A DNA stretch of 63,995 nucleotides, filler included, from Craspedostauros australis (Eukaryota), in assembly GCA_030167865.1 (NCBI GenBank). It is 12 parts of 12 records of this genome, joined end to end, with 100 filler letters (N's around TTAATTAATTAA, not from the genome) between each part and the next. Parts side by side here need not be neighbours in the genome. Positions count along the whole stretch, not along the records: positions 42,765 to 54,525 come from JALAGF010005896.1; positions 54,626 to 59,568 come from JALAGF010005898.1; positions 59,669 to 62,682 come from JALAGF010005902.1; positions 62,783 to 63,995 come from JALAGF010006096.1; 8 more parts are not named here. One strand, written 5' to 3'. Of the stretch, positions 48,908 through 62,933 are shown piece after piece. How positions within the stretch are numbered: the first letter of the stretch is position 1; each line of letters starts with the position of its first letter. A program made the position numbers and the translations under genes. Under the pieces are notes generated by a model. That model was not told where the DNA came from, did no database searches, and saw only the letters and a program-made list of their open reading frames with translations.

Positions 48908-51900
48908 GATTAACAGTCGCAAAAGATTGTCAAGCTCTTAGACCTCTGCAAGATGACCGTCACCCAACGCCTCCAACTCTCCAACCGGCCACCTCCCAAG
49001 AGGAGCCCAGGAGACAGGACCAAAGCCTTCGAGACCCTTCCCGCGGACCCGAAGGACCCAAGCCTCTCTGCCATCCTTGATGGTACACCAGGCTACCCAA
49101 CAACTGGGCCATCTTCGCTCTCCTTTGTGGACATCAGAGTTGACTTCATTGAGGTCACCTTCCGACACCCCATCATCGTGGATGCATGGAACCGAAAGGA
49201 AAGAACCAACGAAACCAAAATCGTGCACCACGTCCACAAGACTACCTGGAACGCGTTCACAGAACTCAAGCAAGAGTTCGGGATCAGCATCGAAACCGCC
49301 ATGATCTTTGATCTCTTCCCACCCAAGACCCTCGCAGAAGAGAAGACCATCTCCCAACTATTGATCACCATCCATGAAGAAGCCACCGACATGAACCCGG
49401 CATTAATCATGTTCAACCTCAAGCACCCGGACGACGTTGCAAGGAACTACGAGACAGGACTCCTCATCTACCACATCGGAGAATGGATCAGATCCATCGA
49501 AGTTGAGGATGAATCCACTCTCGAATCCACCCTTGACGCGATGTTCGCCGACACGACCACCACCGCCAAAACCATGGCAGACTTCTGCCATTCCGAAAGA
49601 TGCGGCAAACGCCACCACAGTAAAGCGTGGTTGGATGCCATCGGAGAACACAAGAAGGCACTCTCCAACGCATCCGCGACCAGCGTCTCATCTGGGTCAG
49701 AAGCATCTACCCATAGAACCGGACGCGACATCGATAGCCACCCAGGAGGAACTCCATCTGGGTTCTCCCTCCTGATCGGTGGGAACACCCCGCACCGTAC
49801 TCCACCCGACTTCCAGAACGAAACCCAACTCTCCAGCATCGCCAAGCAAGGATCACAAAACATGTCACCAGTAGCCATCGACACTCGCGGTACCACTCCG
49901 CCCAACGATAGTACTGAACCAAGCACCGACTACGACCAACACCCTGGTAACGACGATACCGCAGACTTACCCCCGGCAACCGCGGCCCCACAGGAAGGAA
50001 CAGACTTTTCCCCAACGTGGACCCAGCAACGATCGGTGACTACGACCGCAACCCAACCGGCGCCAAGGCAGTAGCCTTCGCCCCCGAAACAACCACCAAA
50101 GGTCTAGGAGGTACCAACGCACCCCGGGTGAACTACCCAGAGAATGACGAGAACCATTCACCCCACGATCGGAACCCGCATCCCCACCATGGTATCGCGG
50201 ATACATCAGCCCCACATGGCGCGGGTAACTATCGAGGCAACAACGGGCACGAACCCGTAAACCGAAACCCTGCCGGTAACCCATCCGCGAACCATGGCAC
50301 AAGCCACCCGCACTGTGACAACCATGGACCTCCAAGCAACCATGGACACAACGGCAGCAACCCTTATGGGTACCCCCCCCCAACATGGGAAACCAATTCC
50401 CTCATGGCCCACCGCTTCCGATGTATCACGGAACCCACCCAGGAGGATTCCCGCCCATTGGAATCCCTATCCCCATGGGCCATTTTCCCCCCGGAACCGG
50501 AGGCTTCCCAGTACCACAAGGAACCTTCATCCCTGTTGGACACCCTCACCCCGGGTATCCACCACGACCACCCGCGTATGGGTACCGCCCAACCGGCCCC
50601 AATAGAGGCTTCGAAAGGCATGACCCACACAACATGGGCCCGAACAACCCACACGGGCAACACGAACCCGGGTACGCACCCCATCGAGGATCCACCTGCA
50701 GCGAACCACCAGTCGCCCAGGCCAAGCTGACGAAGCGACGCCCCATCCCTGACTCCGTCAAATTCACGAGCGATGCGGCTTCCTTCCAAGTGGTGAAACA
50801 CCAAATCCACGCTCATCTCCTTGGAAACGACATGGCGTACCTGATCAACAACCGGTTTCGGCACAAGTATCATTCCCAGGGAATCCACGCGATCAAGGAA
50901 TACATCGACTCAGTGACAGGAGTGCCAACAACCATCTCCCCAGAGCAGGTCGCAAGCGACGTCAGGACCTTATTTGCAGGACTATACTCCGTCTTCGCCG
51001 GCGGCCCCGCACATGGACTTGCCACCAGAGGACTCCTCACCAAGGACGGCGTCCTATTCTGGAACGAGCTCCTAAACACCTACGACAACGACTGGATCAG
51101 AGGAATGGAAGTCGACTCTCTGATGAAGAGAGTGCACGAGTTCAATCCCAGCAGGCAGGACCTGGGATCCTACGTGAAAGAGATCCAGGACATATTCGCA
51201 AATGTGAATTTCCTGGCAACCAACCCGGACCAACAGGTCTCCGACGCGCAACAACGTCGTACGCTCCTCAACCACCTCATCGGTTGCGACAACATCAACG
51301 TACGCACCATGGTCCGGAGCATCGAGCGAAGTCCGGACATGCAGTCGATGGGAACCACCTGCATGTATCTCATCTCCGAGTCCGCCAGAGACACTGCGGT
51401 AGCCAACAACCAGCGGGGATCAAGGTCCGGCAAGCGCAGGATTTTCAAGGCAACCACCGAAGCCAGTCAAGATCACGGCGAATCCAACACCGAGATGGTC
51501 ATCAATGCCATCTCGAAGAAGCTACAGGAAGATCCCACCTTCATCTCGCAAGAGGTATTCGATGGACTACCCGAAAAGGTCCGTAGGGTGATCATGAAGC
51601 TCCGCAGCTCCCTCCGTTGGGCCCGCCGCAACAATGACCGGAACGGATCCGGATTCACCCGCGTCGAGAGCAAGAAGGAGCAGGATGAACCCAACCCACC
51701 TGCCAGCGCGAAGCCCCCAGAGAAAGGAGAGGAAGTCAAGCCAAACAAGCAGTATGGAGGCGTAACCCATGCGAACCTGGCCAGGTACACCCCAGGATTC
51801 ACCGAGGGATCCGATTCCCAGGGCGAGGATGGATCGGACCTATCCTCGATTGACGCTTCGGAGCTTGCCAAGTTCCTGGTGGATTATGGAGGGTACGAGG

Positions 51901-54525
51901 ACAATGACAACGATCGGCTCGTGAAGATGATCACGATGAGTGATTCATCCGACGCGACAGACCCCGTCGATCCGCCAGCATCCCAGCAACGCCAATCAGT
52001 ACCCGAACAACTGATCAACCTCGCGACCTTTTCCCCGCAGACATACGCAGTATGCGACGGCGGTGCGCAATGCTGCGTCATCGGGAACAAGGACCGAGTC
52101 TGGAAGATCGACTACGTATATCCACATCGGACGTACAACATCGTCGGTGCCGTTGCAAGCACGATGAGGAAGAACAACCTCGCGGTGGTAGATGCGAGCA
52201 TCAAGGCCAGGACCAAGGAAGGCAACGAAGTGATCCTCCGGATCTACGAAGCCGCCCTGAACGTTGACAGCCGGGTAACGCTGCTCTCCGACCATCAAAT
52301 TCGGGCCAGTGGAACCGTCCTCGACACGGTTTCATCGGAACACCGGGCATCGTTCTCGACACCAGGCACAGGTCGACAATGCCTGATGCCTGACAAGGAC
52401 ACAACGATCAACTTGGAGATGCGAGACGCGCTGATGACGTTCGACGTTTTCCCCATCATGGAGAACGATGAGGATCTGCCCACCCACGACATCACCCCAA
52501 AGCAAGGATGGAACCCTTCGGATCACCAAGGAGGACACGTATGCAACGTGCCCATGGGTTGCTACCTTACCAGGGACCCAATCGGAGGAGAGAAGGCAGT
52601 TGATTGGGATGGCCAACCTGACGCACCGCATGATGCTGGAGCAATGGATCTAAGCGCCCACAACGCATCGACGGATACCATGGAACCAGGGATACGCCGG
52701 ATCAAGGACGGCACCCCGGATAACCCGACAGAGGGACGAGAACCCATGGACCCCAACGCCCGTCATCCGGATGCGCACGCCACGGGAGACCCAAACCGTG
52801 CAAACCAGGAGTACCCCAAAGTGGACGCATTCCTTGACACTCTCAGCCTCGAGGAGCTCATCGGAATGTCACATGCAATTGACACGGCAACGTTCGCGAA
52901 ATCGGCCACCGACACGGCCATCTCGATCCAAGGCACCCTCTTCGACCTGGTGGACAATCTCTCTGCGGGAGACATCGTCCACCTATACAGGGAGCTAGGC
53001 ATCGATCGCAAGGCCAACGCGGTAGGAACGGACCAGAAGGGATACACCGGGTCAACTGATGTATCACCGATAAAGGTACCAAACCAGGATGATGAGGCAG
53101 GCAGTGCCATCTCATCCTTACACTCGGTAGGATCCGAACCGGCGTTCCAGAGAAATCGGGAGACATTTCGCATCCCCAACGAGATCGGCGTGACCAAGGC
53201 AACATGCGCCGACACCCTCCGGGGAAACCCACGGGCTCCCGAATACCATAGGCACACCAAGGGCGAGAACCCCGTTGGGATTGATGATCTGGGAAAGGAC
53301 AACCCCATGGACACCATGGATCGACACCCCGCAGAAGCCATGACCGAGTACAGCCACCAAGGGTTTCCTTTCCGAGCTAAATGGAAGTCCATCGACCTCC
53401 ACAAGATCCGACCGTACCTCGGGTACCTACCCACGCACGTGATCAAACAAACCCTCGCCAGAACCACACAACTCATGCAGGCAGTGATCACCTACCCTAT
53501 GCAAAGACACAAGAAGTCCAGGTTCGAGTGGATGCGACGACAGCGTATCAGGGAGATTGTGGCAACAGATACCATATTCTCCAACGTCAAGTCTTTTGGA
53601 GACGGATACTCCATGGCGCAAATCTTCTACGGAACATCCTCCCACATGATCAACGCGTACGGCCTGAAGAAAAAGGAGGGGGTTTTCGTTGCCTTCCAGG
53701 ATTTCATCAGGACAGAGGGAGCACCATGGGCTTTCCACAGCGACAACGCGAAAGAACAGACCGGAGAGAAGGTCCTCAAGCTTCTTAGAGACCTCCACAT
53801 CAAATCAAGGCTGACAGAACCCGGCCGAGCACAACGCCATCCTGTACATGAAGCGATGTGTCACGACACTCATTGATCGGACAGGGGCACCGCCAAAAGC
53901 ATGGTTCCACGCTTTCCGATACATGTGCTACGTGCACAACCACACATCAGACCCGTCCCTANNNNNNNNNNNNNNNNNNNNNNNNNNNNNNNNNNNNNNN
54001 NNNNNNNNNNNGACAGAACCGCACAACCAGCAACAGAACCCGGCCGAGCACAACGCCATCCTGTACATGAAGCGATGTGTCACGACACTCATTGATCGGA
54101 CAGGGGCACCGCCAAAAGCATGGTTCCACGCTTTCCGATACATGTGCTACGTGCACAACCACACATCAGACCCGTCCCTACGATACGCAATCCCATACAC
54201 CGTACGACACGGAGANNNNNNNGACATCTCTGCGCTCTTGACTTTCCAATTCTACGAGAAGGTCTTGTACCATGACCCCAACGCTACCTTCCCGAACTCG
54301 AAGGAGAAGTCAGGATACTGGCTCGGCGTGGCAGAATCCCATGGGGACTTCCTCACCTACCACGTGCTGGATGACGAATCTCGACGCGTGCTAGTACGGA
54401 GCGTGGTCCGCCCCTTCAGGAAGGGTATAAACAACAACAGACGTGTCACCTTCGACCAAGACATGGACCCCGAGGCGGATAACCCCAGCACACGGACCCC
54501 GCTGGAACTGTCCGGTACCCCACAA
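48908..54525 (+). mobile_element. Ty1/copia (CoDi-like) internal region: long frameshifted gag, protease, integrase
   Basis: ORFs 48953..50074, 50017..50730, 50385..53876 and 53848..54573. PR AVCDGGAQ, IN VATDTIF..HSDNAKE..QQNPAE. Confidence 0.9.
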
Positions 54526-54625
54526 NNNNNNNNNNNNNNNNNNNNNNNNNNNNNNNNNNNNNNNNNNNNTTAATTAATTAANNNNNNNNNNNNNNNNNNN
54601 NNNNNNNNNNNNNNNNNNNNNNNNN

Positions 54626-56853
54626 TGACGTACTGGGTGCAGATGAGCCAGTACTTCGATGGTGTTCCGGTGCGATCCATGATTCCATTCGTAGTTCGCT
54701 TGATGTCTTCGATTCGGCGTTCAGCACCATTCTGGTGCTGATGCTCCAGCTCGCTCTGATGGTCCTTGACAGCATACTGTCGAAGAATCTCCTGGACCTT
54801 GGAACCGACCTCAGACCTCGCGTTGTCCGACATGAGTAAGTCAGGCGCGCCGTGACGTCGGATGAAATCCAACAACGTGCTGGCGACCTGCTTCTCCGAG
54901 GACATGGGAAAGCCTGCGGTGAATCTGGATTGGAGAGCNNNNTAGACTTGAATCATGGTGCACCCGCCGTGTCCAGGCACGCCATCGTCATGTGCAGGGG
55001 TGTCCGAGAACAGGGTGTCCATGGCCACAACCTCGTGCAAGCAATCGACGTTGGCTGCCGGAAAGCGGGTCTTGAAGTGCTTCCGCATTGAGAACCTCTC
55101 TGCGGTGCGGTACCACTGCGATGTGCAGCGAAGAGTGTCTCGCACACGACGAGCAGGGATCCACCCGAAGTGTGGACGGAGTGCCTCGTAGTCAATAAGC
55201 GAGGGGCGTTGTTGGATGCCGCCTGTCGGGACGATGGAGTCGTCCGCAGATGGGCGTTGGTCGACGACGAAGACATCGATGGCATGGCTGCGATCATCCA
55301 ATGGAGTTTCTGGATCTTGTGGAGCGACGTCGGTGACATCAAGCTCATGGTCAAGTGAGGAAGGGTCCCATTCATCATCGGCTGTGAAGTCGACGTGAGG
55401 GAGCTGATCAAGTTGGGCACGAGTCGGAGGAACCATGTCCATGTACGACAAGCCTTGGCGGATTGACAAAGGAATCACATGACCACCAGGGGTCACGATG
55501 GTCTGTCGGCCGCCAGGCAGATCACGGGGACGTTCGTTGACATCCATGCCAAAGGAGGCGAGCTGATTGGCGGAATGAATTGTCTTGTGCTTCCCATACA
55601 GCGCGTATTGATGGAATACGGCGATGATTGGTCCGTCGGTGGTCTGGACGAGTCCAGCAACAGAACTAATGTCGAGGTTGCCGATGGCCGAGTCTCCGAT
55701 GCCGTTGACATCAGCGGTGTGTCCGGTCTTGCATAGCACCACGACATCATCCCCGGCGAGACCACCATTGGCTCCACTGTCGACGAGAGATCCGTGCAGT
55801 TCCTTGGATGCCTTGTGAAATTCGTAGCGAATCACAGCTTGGTTGGCGAGACGCCAGGTTTGCCCCTTGTAGGACAGGACAGGCACGTCAGATGATCCGG
55901 TTGTCTTGGCGTTGGCGAGCATGCGGCTGATGGCGTCGCCTGGAGGTGCACGTGGCGCAGTGTCGTTGGCCGCAGCATCTCCGTTCTCAGCTGCTGACTC
56001 AGATCCGGCCTTGAGAGCAGTCTTGTCTGCCTTGTTGACAGAGCGATTGCGGCCGCCTTTGGCACGGTTGGGATCCCACTTCCCCTTTGCTTGGAGGAAT
56101 GCTTGGCGTTGGCTCTTGTCCATCTTCATCCACTCATCATGAGGGACACGGGGACGAGGATCCTTCGAATAGTCTTTGTCCTTGCTCCACGAATGTGCAC
56201 CAGAATTGGTGCCAGAGTGCTTGGCGTTGTGGACCTTTCGATTGGTACGTCCACGCGGCTTGACATGATCCAAGCGCTGCGCATGACTGCGCACCAGCAA
56301 GAAGATCTTGTCGAAATTGAGGGTGAAGTCTCTGGAGACTCCGGCAATGCTCATGGCATCAAGGGACGCCTCAAGGTACTGAGACTCGAAGAGTGCTCGG
56401 TACAGCTCGGCATCCTGGGAGATAGACTCCTCAAGCCAGTCGCGCTTGCGCTCAGGGGACACGGTGTGATCTTGGATTGTCTCCAAGTCGCGAACCTTGT
56501 TGGACCAAGCATCGAGGAAGGACTCCTGGGTACCTTGCCATTCCTTGTCCAGCTTGAGGGACTCGAGGGATGTGCGAAGTGCCTTCGCAGAGTTGGCAGC
56601 TGTCACACCAGAGGTGTACTCTGTGAGAAGAGTGGCGTAGGCAGCCTGGCCATCCATGGAATCCTCGAAACGACGGACACAACCTTGATCCTTCTGAGTC
56701 TTGAGGCTGAGGACGAGAGCACCATAGACAAAGATGTTCTGCTCATTGAAGAGGGTTTGATCCTCAGTTGGCGGCTTGTAGTCGGGGTCCAGGACATTGG
56801 ATACGCCTTGGGATGCGGCGACAGTCGCGAATGTGCGTCTGAAGGACAGGAAG
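54626..56853 (-). mobile_element. Ty1/copia (CoDi-like) gag-PR-IN fragment, interrupted by LINE
   Basis: Frame open from the LINE junction (FLSFRRTF..) through SLVDSGANGG and MDTLF..SDNA..AERRIED. Confidence 0.92.
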
Positions 56854-58740
56854 TAATAATAACTCAGAGATTACGTTACGTGCCACTACGGGCTTTACCC
56901 TCGCCTAGGCGGGCCCCGCTAGGACCCGCTGTCGAGCGAGCTGTCGAAATCGCGGTTAAGGTCGGGTGAGCCACGCGGCCATGAGCGAGCGTTCCTGTTG
57001 CATGGACTGCTGTCGCTGCCTGGCCCGTGCGTCCCGCCTGACCTTTTGCGCCAGTTCGATCCATTGTTTGACCTGTTGTTGAGAGCCAGTGTCTGCCACC
57101 ACCCCTCGCTGAAGTATCTGCGCTTCACGCAGTGTGAGGTCGGGGGGTTGAAAGGAGCGGAGTCGCCTCGCGAATTCTCGCGTGCGCGCTGCCTCGGAGC
57201 CTGGCTCTTCATGTTTTCTGTAGTTCCTCGCGGTCCAGACTGACCAGGGAATCTTCCAGATGCGGCGTATCACGTCCGCTGCCCAAGCTTCCGCCGTGCG
57301 GTGCTTCGACAAGTTGTCTTTCATCCAGGCTGCTTGCTGCATCCTCCAGTCGACATGTAGGAACCCCTGTAGCAGCGGGAGCCACCCCACCACTCGCTTC
57401 GGTCCTGCCGGCTTAATCTTCCTCCTCCACCTTTGCATGCCTTGGCGCATGCCTCCCACCACTCGGGGGCATGTGCCCACTGCGACCATGTAGTCCAGCA
57501 ACTCCGTCACTGACTCTTCCCACGCTTCCTCATACTCACCACAAGTAAGAAGATGCGTCACTGTTTCCTCCTGTCGGCAGCTCGGGCACTCGGAGCTCTC
57601 CTGCTGCCCTGTCTGCTTCATCTTGCGCCCTACCGCCATGAACCCGGTCGAGAGCTTGGTCGTGAACTTGACGCTGTCACGGGCCGCGGAAGACTTGCGC
57701 GCCTTGGAGTACGACGCCCAGTCCACCTGGGAAAGCACCTCGCTGCTCCACCCGTGCTTGGCCTGCCAATATGCATCGATATCCTGCTGCTGCGCCACCG
57801 ACTCCATAGCGACGGAGTCGAGGTGAGAGTAGGGGTGGCCGGACCAGCCGACCCGCCACACATCGGCGGACATAGTCCACTTGTCGATAGCTGGGAGCCG
57901 GGAAGCCGTGACCCAATGCCGTTTCGCTGCTGCGTCAGCACGGATGTTGAGCCTCGCCCAGATGTCAAGTGACGACGTGGAGTCGTCCTGGTGGCCTTTC
58001 ACCCACTTCCACTTCAGAGAGCACTGAATTTTGCTCTTGACATGCTCGATCTCTGCGAGCAGGTCCCAATCCTTCTGCGTGGGCCGGGGATTACCGTCCC
58101 TAGCCTGGATGAGCGCCTGCCTCCCGTCGAGAGCCAGGGTCACCGATGGAATGGTCACCTTGTGCTCGAGCCAGAAGATATGGATGAGTGAGGCCAATAT
58201 GCCCATGAGCTCGCTGCGGTAGGAGCTCTGCATCTTTGGGACTCCGGGCACCGTAGCCAAGACCACCACCGATTTCTCGGATTGGGTGTCGTAGATAATC
58301 GAGGCGGATGTGCCACACCCTGCTTTGAAAGATCCGTCGCTCACCGCTATCAGGGTGCCGTCGATGGACGCCCGGTGGGCATCATGGCTGGTAAGATTGC
58401 CCTCTGTGCTCTGAATATACGGAAACCGCTCAGGCTCGTGGAAGGGGATATCATCGTAGGGCAGTTGGTCGCCCGTGCTACCTTCCCATGTCACGTGGGC
58501 GTCCCGCCGGGTGACTGAGACACGCACAATGTCGTCGGGCACCGGTGTTGAGACCGACGCCGGATGATACCTGACTCGCCGCGTCTTCCGTTGGCCTCGC
58601 GCCCTGCGATAGGCGATGATTGAAGGCGTGCGGATCTCGAAGATTGTGTCGGTAGGTTGGTGCAGCCACCATCTCCACTGATGTTCGTCGATGTGCCACG
58701 GCCCCAAGGGTTGCGCAAGAGTCCGGCCTGCCCGAACCAG
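56854..58740 (-). mobile_element. Non-LTR retrotransposon (Ambal-like) 3' end: RNase H, CCHC finger, 3' UTR, (TTA)3 tail
   Basis: RNase H1 motifs AVSDGS, SYRSEL, ALDG, WVKGHQD, NIRADAAAK. Zinc finger CPSC..ETVTHLLTC. Stop at 56956, tail at 56862-56854. Confidence 0.88.
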
Positions 58741-59523
58741 TGTTGGCAAGTTCCGCTCACGGTAACCTACGATCGTGGAAGATGGTGTTGGTTGATAGTC
58801 GTCTGTTTGCTATTTCATTACTTGGCTACTCCGATGCTCTCGGTGTACGTCGTTCTCTTGCCCGATGCTCTCGGCGCTTCAATCTGTTTCGTAGATTCAA
58901 TCTCCGACTATGAGTCGGTACGCGAGATCCTCTCTCGCTCCTCTTTGTATTCTCTCTCAACATCGTGTGCTCATGCTACACGATACTCCGTGTTCGATGC
59001 GTACTCCGCATTCGACACTCTGTTCATTCAGTACTGGTTCCTACTCCATGAGTACTTACCATTTGAAGTTCACCTTCAGTATCCATGATCTTCATGGGTC
59101 ATTGTATCTTCGCCTTCTGCTCTGACTTGGAGACAGATGTTGACGTGGTGACATGTTGACATCCTGTCGACGTCAGTAGGCGTCCTTCTGCTCTCCAGAT
59201 GTCACGTTCCATTGGTGATGTAGCAGTCTGTCAGATGATATCGTCATCTGAGGTTTAGTTGGGAAGTACCTCGAGATTCTCTTGGTACCATTGATGCATG
59301 GACGGACGATNNNNNNNNNNNNNNNNNNNNNNNNNNNNNNNNNNNNNNNNNNNNNNNNNNNNNNNNNNNNNNNNNNNNNNNNNNNNNCTGTAATTCTGAC
59401 GAATCACAGCATACTATCGACACGAGTATAGTTATACCGTCCAAGTGCGTATGAGAGAATAGCGGGTGAACGATGCACGTATACACGTACATCTCGACAT
59501 ATACTCACATGTACATCTCGACA
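58741..59523 (-). mobile_element. 795-bp LTR-like element, copy 6; possibly the 3' LTR of a larger element
   Basis: Same termini. On the minus strand it is preceded by the purine run AGGAAGGG. No TSD. Confidence 0.88.
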
Positions 59524-59668
59524 CCCTTCCTGTGTGCATTCAGTCATTCGAATGTTCTCGATGTGTCANNNNNNNNNNNNNNNNNNNNNNNNNNNNNNNN
59601 NNNNNNNNNNNNTTAATTAATTAANNNNNNNNNNNNNNNNNNNNNNNNNNNNNNNNNNNNNNNNNNNN

Positions 59669-62600
59669 GAGACAGCATAGGCATGTTGTTCGATGTTAGC
59701 CCACGCGTGCTCTGGAATGCATGTTGCTGTGTCCAGGATGGACGATGGGTCGACTTCAAGTGTCGATTCGATTTTGTCGGAGACACGCGTTAACGGAGCC
59801 ACCTTGAGAGGCGCAGTGTTGGTTTCGATCATCCCTTGGACGAACTTCTCGACTTCGAATTCACTTGGCTGTGGCCATGGCCCTGGACGGATGGTCGTGA
59901 CTTGGCGACGGAGTAGTTCGAAAGCGAGACGATAGTGATGATTCTCAGAGATGGCGTTCCACACGGAGCGAGTTCTTTTGAAGAAGGTGTTTCCACTGAT
60001 TCTGGCTTCGGGAGGAAGAAAGCCTTTCATCATCAAATATTCCGGATCCTGGTTCGACCATGGCTCTGGTTTGGCCAATGACATGTAGTCAAAGGCATCG
60101 AAGCTGGGGTTCATGATGCCGGTTCGAATGAAAGTGCTCAGTTTGTTGACGAATTGGCCGACAGCGTAGTCAGTCGCTTGTCTCCTGAGGTCGTCGCAAC
60201 GAATCTCGCAGTGAAGATCGACTTCGAAGTGTCTCTCCATGTCCGAGTAGAAGTCTTCGTAGACGTCTTGGAATGGCGTTGGTCCTTCTTCGACCATGTT
60301 GTCTGGATCCGGCTGCCACCAATCGACCATGTTGATGTTGGCCTCTCTCGTTTCAGTCGCCTTTGGCGCAAATGTTGGAAGGACGACTTTGGTTGGTTGC
60401 GGATTCAAGGTGTTGAATCGAAGTCGAAGTCTGCGCAGTAGGTAGTTGGCATCCACCTTGAATTGGTGTAAGTCGATGGAGAGAGAGTCGCTGCCTTCAC
60501 GTTGGNNNNNNNNNNNNNNNNNNNNNNNNNNNNNNNNNNNNNNNNNNNNNNNNNNTCGAAGTCTGCGCAGTAGGTAGTTGGCATCCACCTTGAATTGGTG
60601 TAAGTCGATGGAGAGAGAGTCGCTGCCTTCACGTTGGAGCGGTTCGATTGTGTGCAAGCAGTCGACGACAGCTTGTGAGAATGTGATGATTGATGCAGAA
60701 TCAGGGTGTAGTTCCCTGGTTGTTGCCTCCTGTTCATTTTCTTCCATGCTGGCCACTGCGGGACAGAAGTAGTAGTCATCGGTATCTTCGTCGTCTAACC
60801 ATGCGGCTTTGCCTCCCATGCGCGCATACGTGAATCGATTTGGTTGTTTGCGACTTCTCGTGCTTCGAGGTCTTGCTGGCATTGATTCGAGCTTAGGCAT
60901 GGTTGGTGTTATGGAGCCGGTTTCAGTTGGTGTTGGATCTGAAGGTGGTAATGGAGTTACCGGTGCCGAGATTGGTGACTCTCGGAGAGGCGAATCCAAT
61001 TGTGGTTGAAGTGTTCGCTGGTCCGGTGACTCTATAATAGGATCAGGTTCTGGTTGCTCATTAGCAGCTCCCTCTGTCGAAGACATTTGCCTGTTGCCTC
61101 CCTCTGAGACTGGCATTGGAGGGGCGAGAGTGTCACTCATGAGATCCGGGATCTGTTGTGTCAGTGGTTGCGACCTTTTAGCCAATACCTGTGGCACTCT
61201 ATCACGAATGGCTTGTTGGTTTCGCGTCTCAGTTGCTGGTGGTGGAGTATGGTCGTCGTTGCGTTGTAACCGGTTGTGGTCTCGCGTGTCTGATGCGAAG
61301 ATGTCTTCCTGCTCCATTGATTCCACATCGTCGTCGTCGAATGGGTATTGAAAGGTGGTGTCACTGAACATGCGAGTCCATTCTTCCGATTGATAGCTTG
61401 GAAGTTGCTTCAAGTCGGTAGCAATCGTTGCGAACCAGTCATCGAACACAACATGGAACTGAGGTGTGATTGAACCTGTCCGTGGTGATAGGACCANAGG
61501 TACGGTTGANGCATGCTTCGTGGATAGACCCATGTTCACGTATCTTTCTCCTCTTGGTTCCCATCGAGGTATCTTTCGTCCGTCGGCCAGTGCTTTGTTA
61601 AGGACATAGACTGGGCTGCCCCATACGTGCAGGTTATGAAGTTGCTTGAGGGGGAGACGAATGCGTGAAAGAACATCGTAAGGTGTGAGGCCTGTGGCGG
61701 GGTTAGGCACGCGATTGTAGATGTACGCTGCGTGCACTACGGCCATTGGCCACAGTTGAGCGTCAAATATGGTTGGCCAATGGATGCTTTGGTGCATCAT
61801 CATGGTTCGAGCCATTGAGACAATTGTTCGAATACTGCGCTCGGCGATTCCGTTGTGATGATGTGCGCCGACACCTGCGAATCGATGGACTTGATGGAAT
61901 ATCTCAAGGTGCTTGGAGTATTCGGGCGAGGTGAAGGTGGTGGCGTTATCCGATAGATAGGATCGCACGGGGACTCCCACATCTCGGCACATCAGTTCGA
62001 ACCGTTCCTTGGCTTCGAGGGTAGTGTGCGTGGTCAGCGCTGCTACTGGTTCCACATGAATGTATCCGGAGGCGTGATCGACGAAGATGGCTCCGCCTTT
62101 GTACATTTCGTTTGGATCACCTTTGCCTCGTCCTGAGAAGAGGCGTCCTGGTGTTCGACCGGCGAAGTGGTCCACTGACACTTGTTGTCCTGGGAACAAG
62201 TGGTCGGTGCGCAAAACTCCTTGTTTGTCACGAATGACATGTTGGGTTATTCCTGGTGAAGGTCGACGGTGCAGCTTTCCGAATTGACATGCGGCGCAGA
62301 GTGGAAGGCTCGTGACCTTTGCCGCAGCTGTGTGCATCTTTCTAGACGATTCTGACCCAGTGAGTGCACCCGAACGCAGCAGGAACTTCACTCGACTGAA
62401 GGATAAGTGTCCTAGACGATAGTGCCATCGAAGAAGTTCCTTTTGCGGTTGGGTGAGATTCACATTGTGGTCCGATACGGTAGAGACGATGGACGTTAGT
62501 GCAGCTGGCACATCATGAATGTTGTCGGCGCTGTAGCCAACGGATGTTGGCAACCTTGTGGATTTCTTGTAGTTCGCTACGATTGCATTGCGATCGTTGC

Positions 62601-62682
62601 TTCCCAGGATTCCGCTGAGTTTGCAGGAGGACTTGTCGAATACGATCGTTTCTCCCTGATACTCTTCGAGAAGACTGGAAGT
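59669..62682 (-). mobile_element. Ty1/copia pol fragment: GAG-pre-integrase, integrase and long downstream linker
   Basis: WHYRLGH..CAACQFGK, VSVDHF, LSDNA, HHNGIAERSI, SITPQFHVVFDDWF. Confidence 0.92.
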
Positions 62683-62933
62683 NNNNNNNNNNNNNNNNNN
62701 NNNNNNNNNNNNNNNNNNNNNNNNNNTTAATTAATTAANNNNNNNNNNNNNNNNNNNNNNNNNNNNNNNNNNNNNNNNNNNNTTGCACGCGTGCTGTTGT
62801 GCTCTATCTGGGGAGCCCGTAGTTCACCTTGCGCTCAACACGAACAATCATGGACATACAGCCATGAATAGACAACATCGGACCGCGCACTGTGGTGGAG
62901 TCTTACCCTTGTCGTGAATCGGTCTTGTCCTAG

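Noticed and set aside
10488..62738. Recurring TTAATTAATTAA 12-mer as a biological repeat or recombination site
   Set aside because: Always centred in 44+44 Ns and has stops in all six frames, so it is an artificial concatenation linker. Adjacency across it is meaningless.
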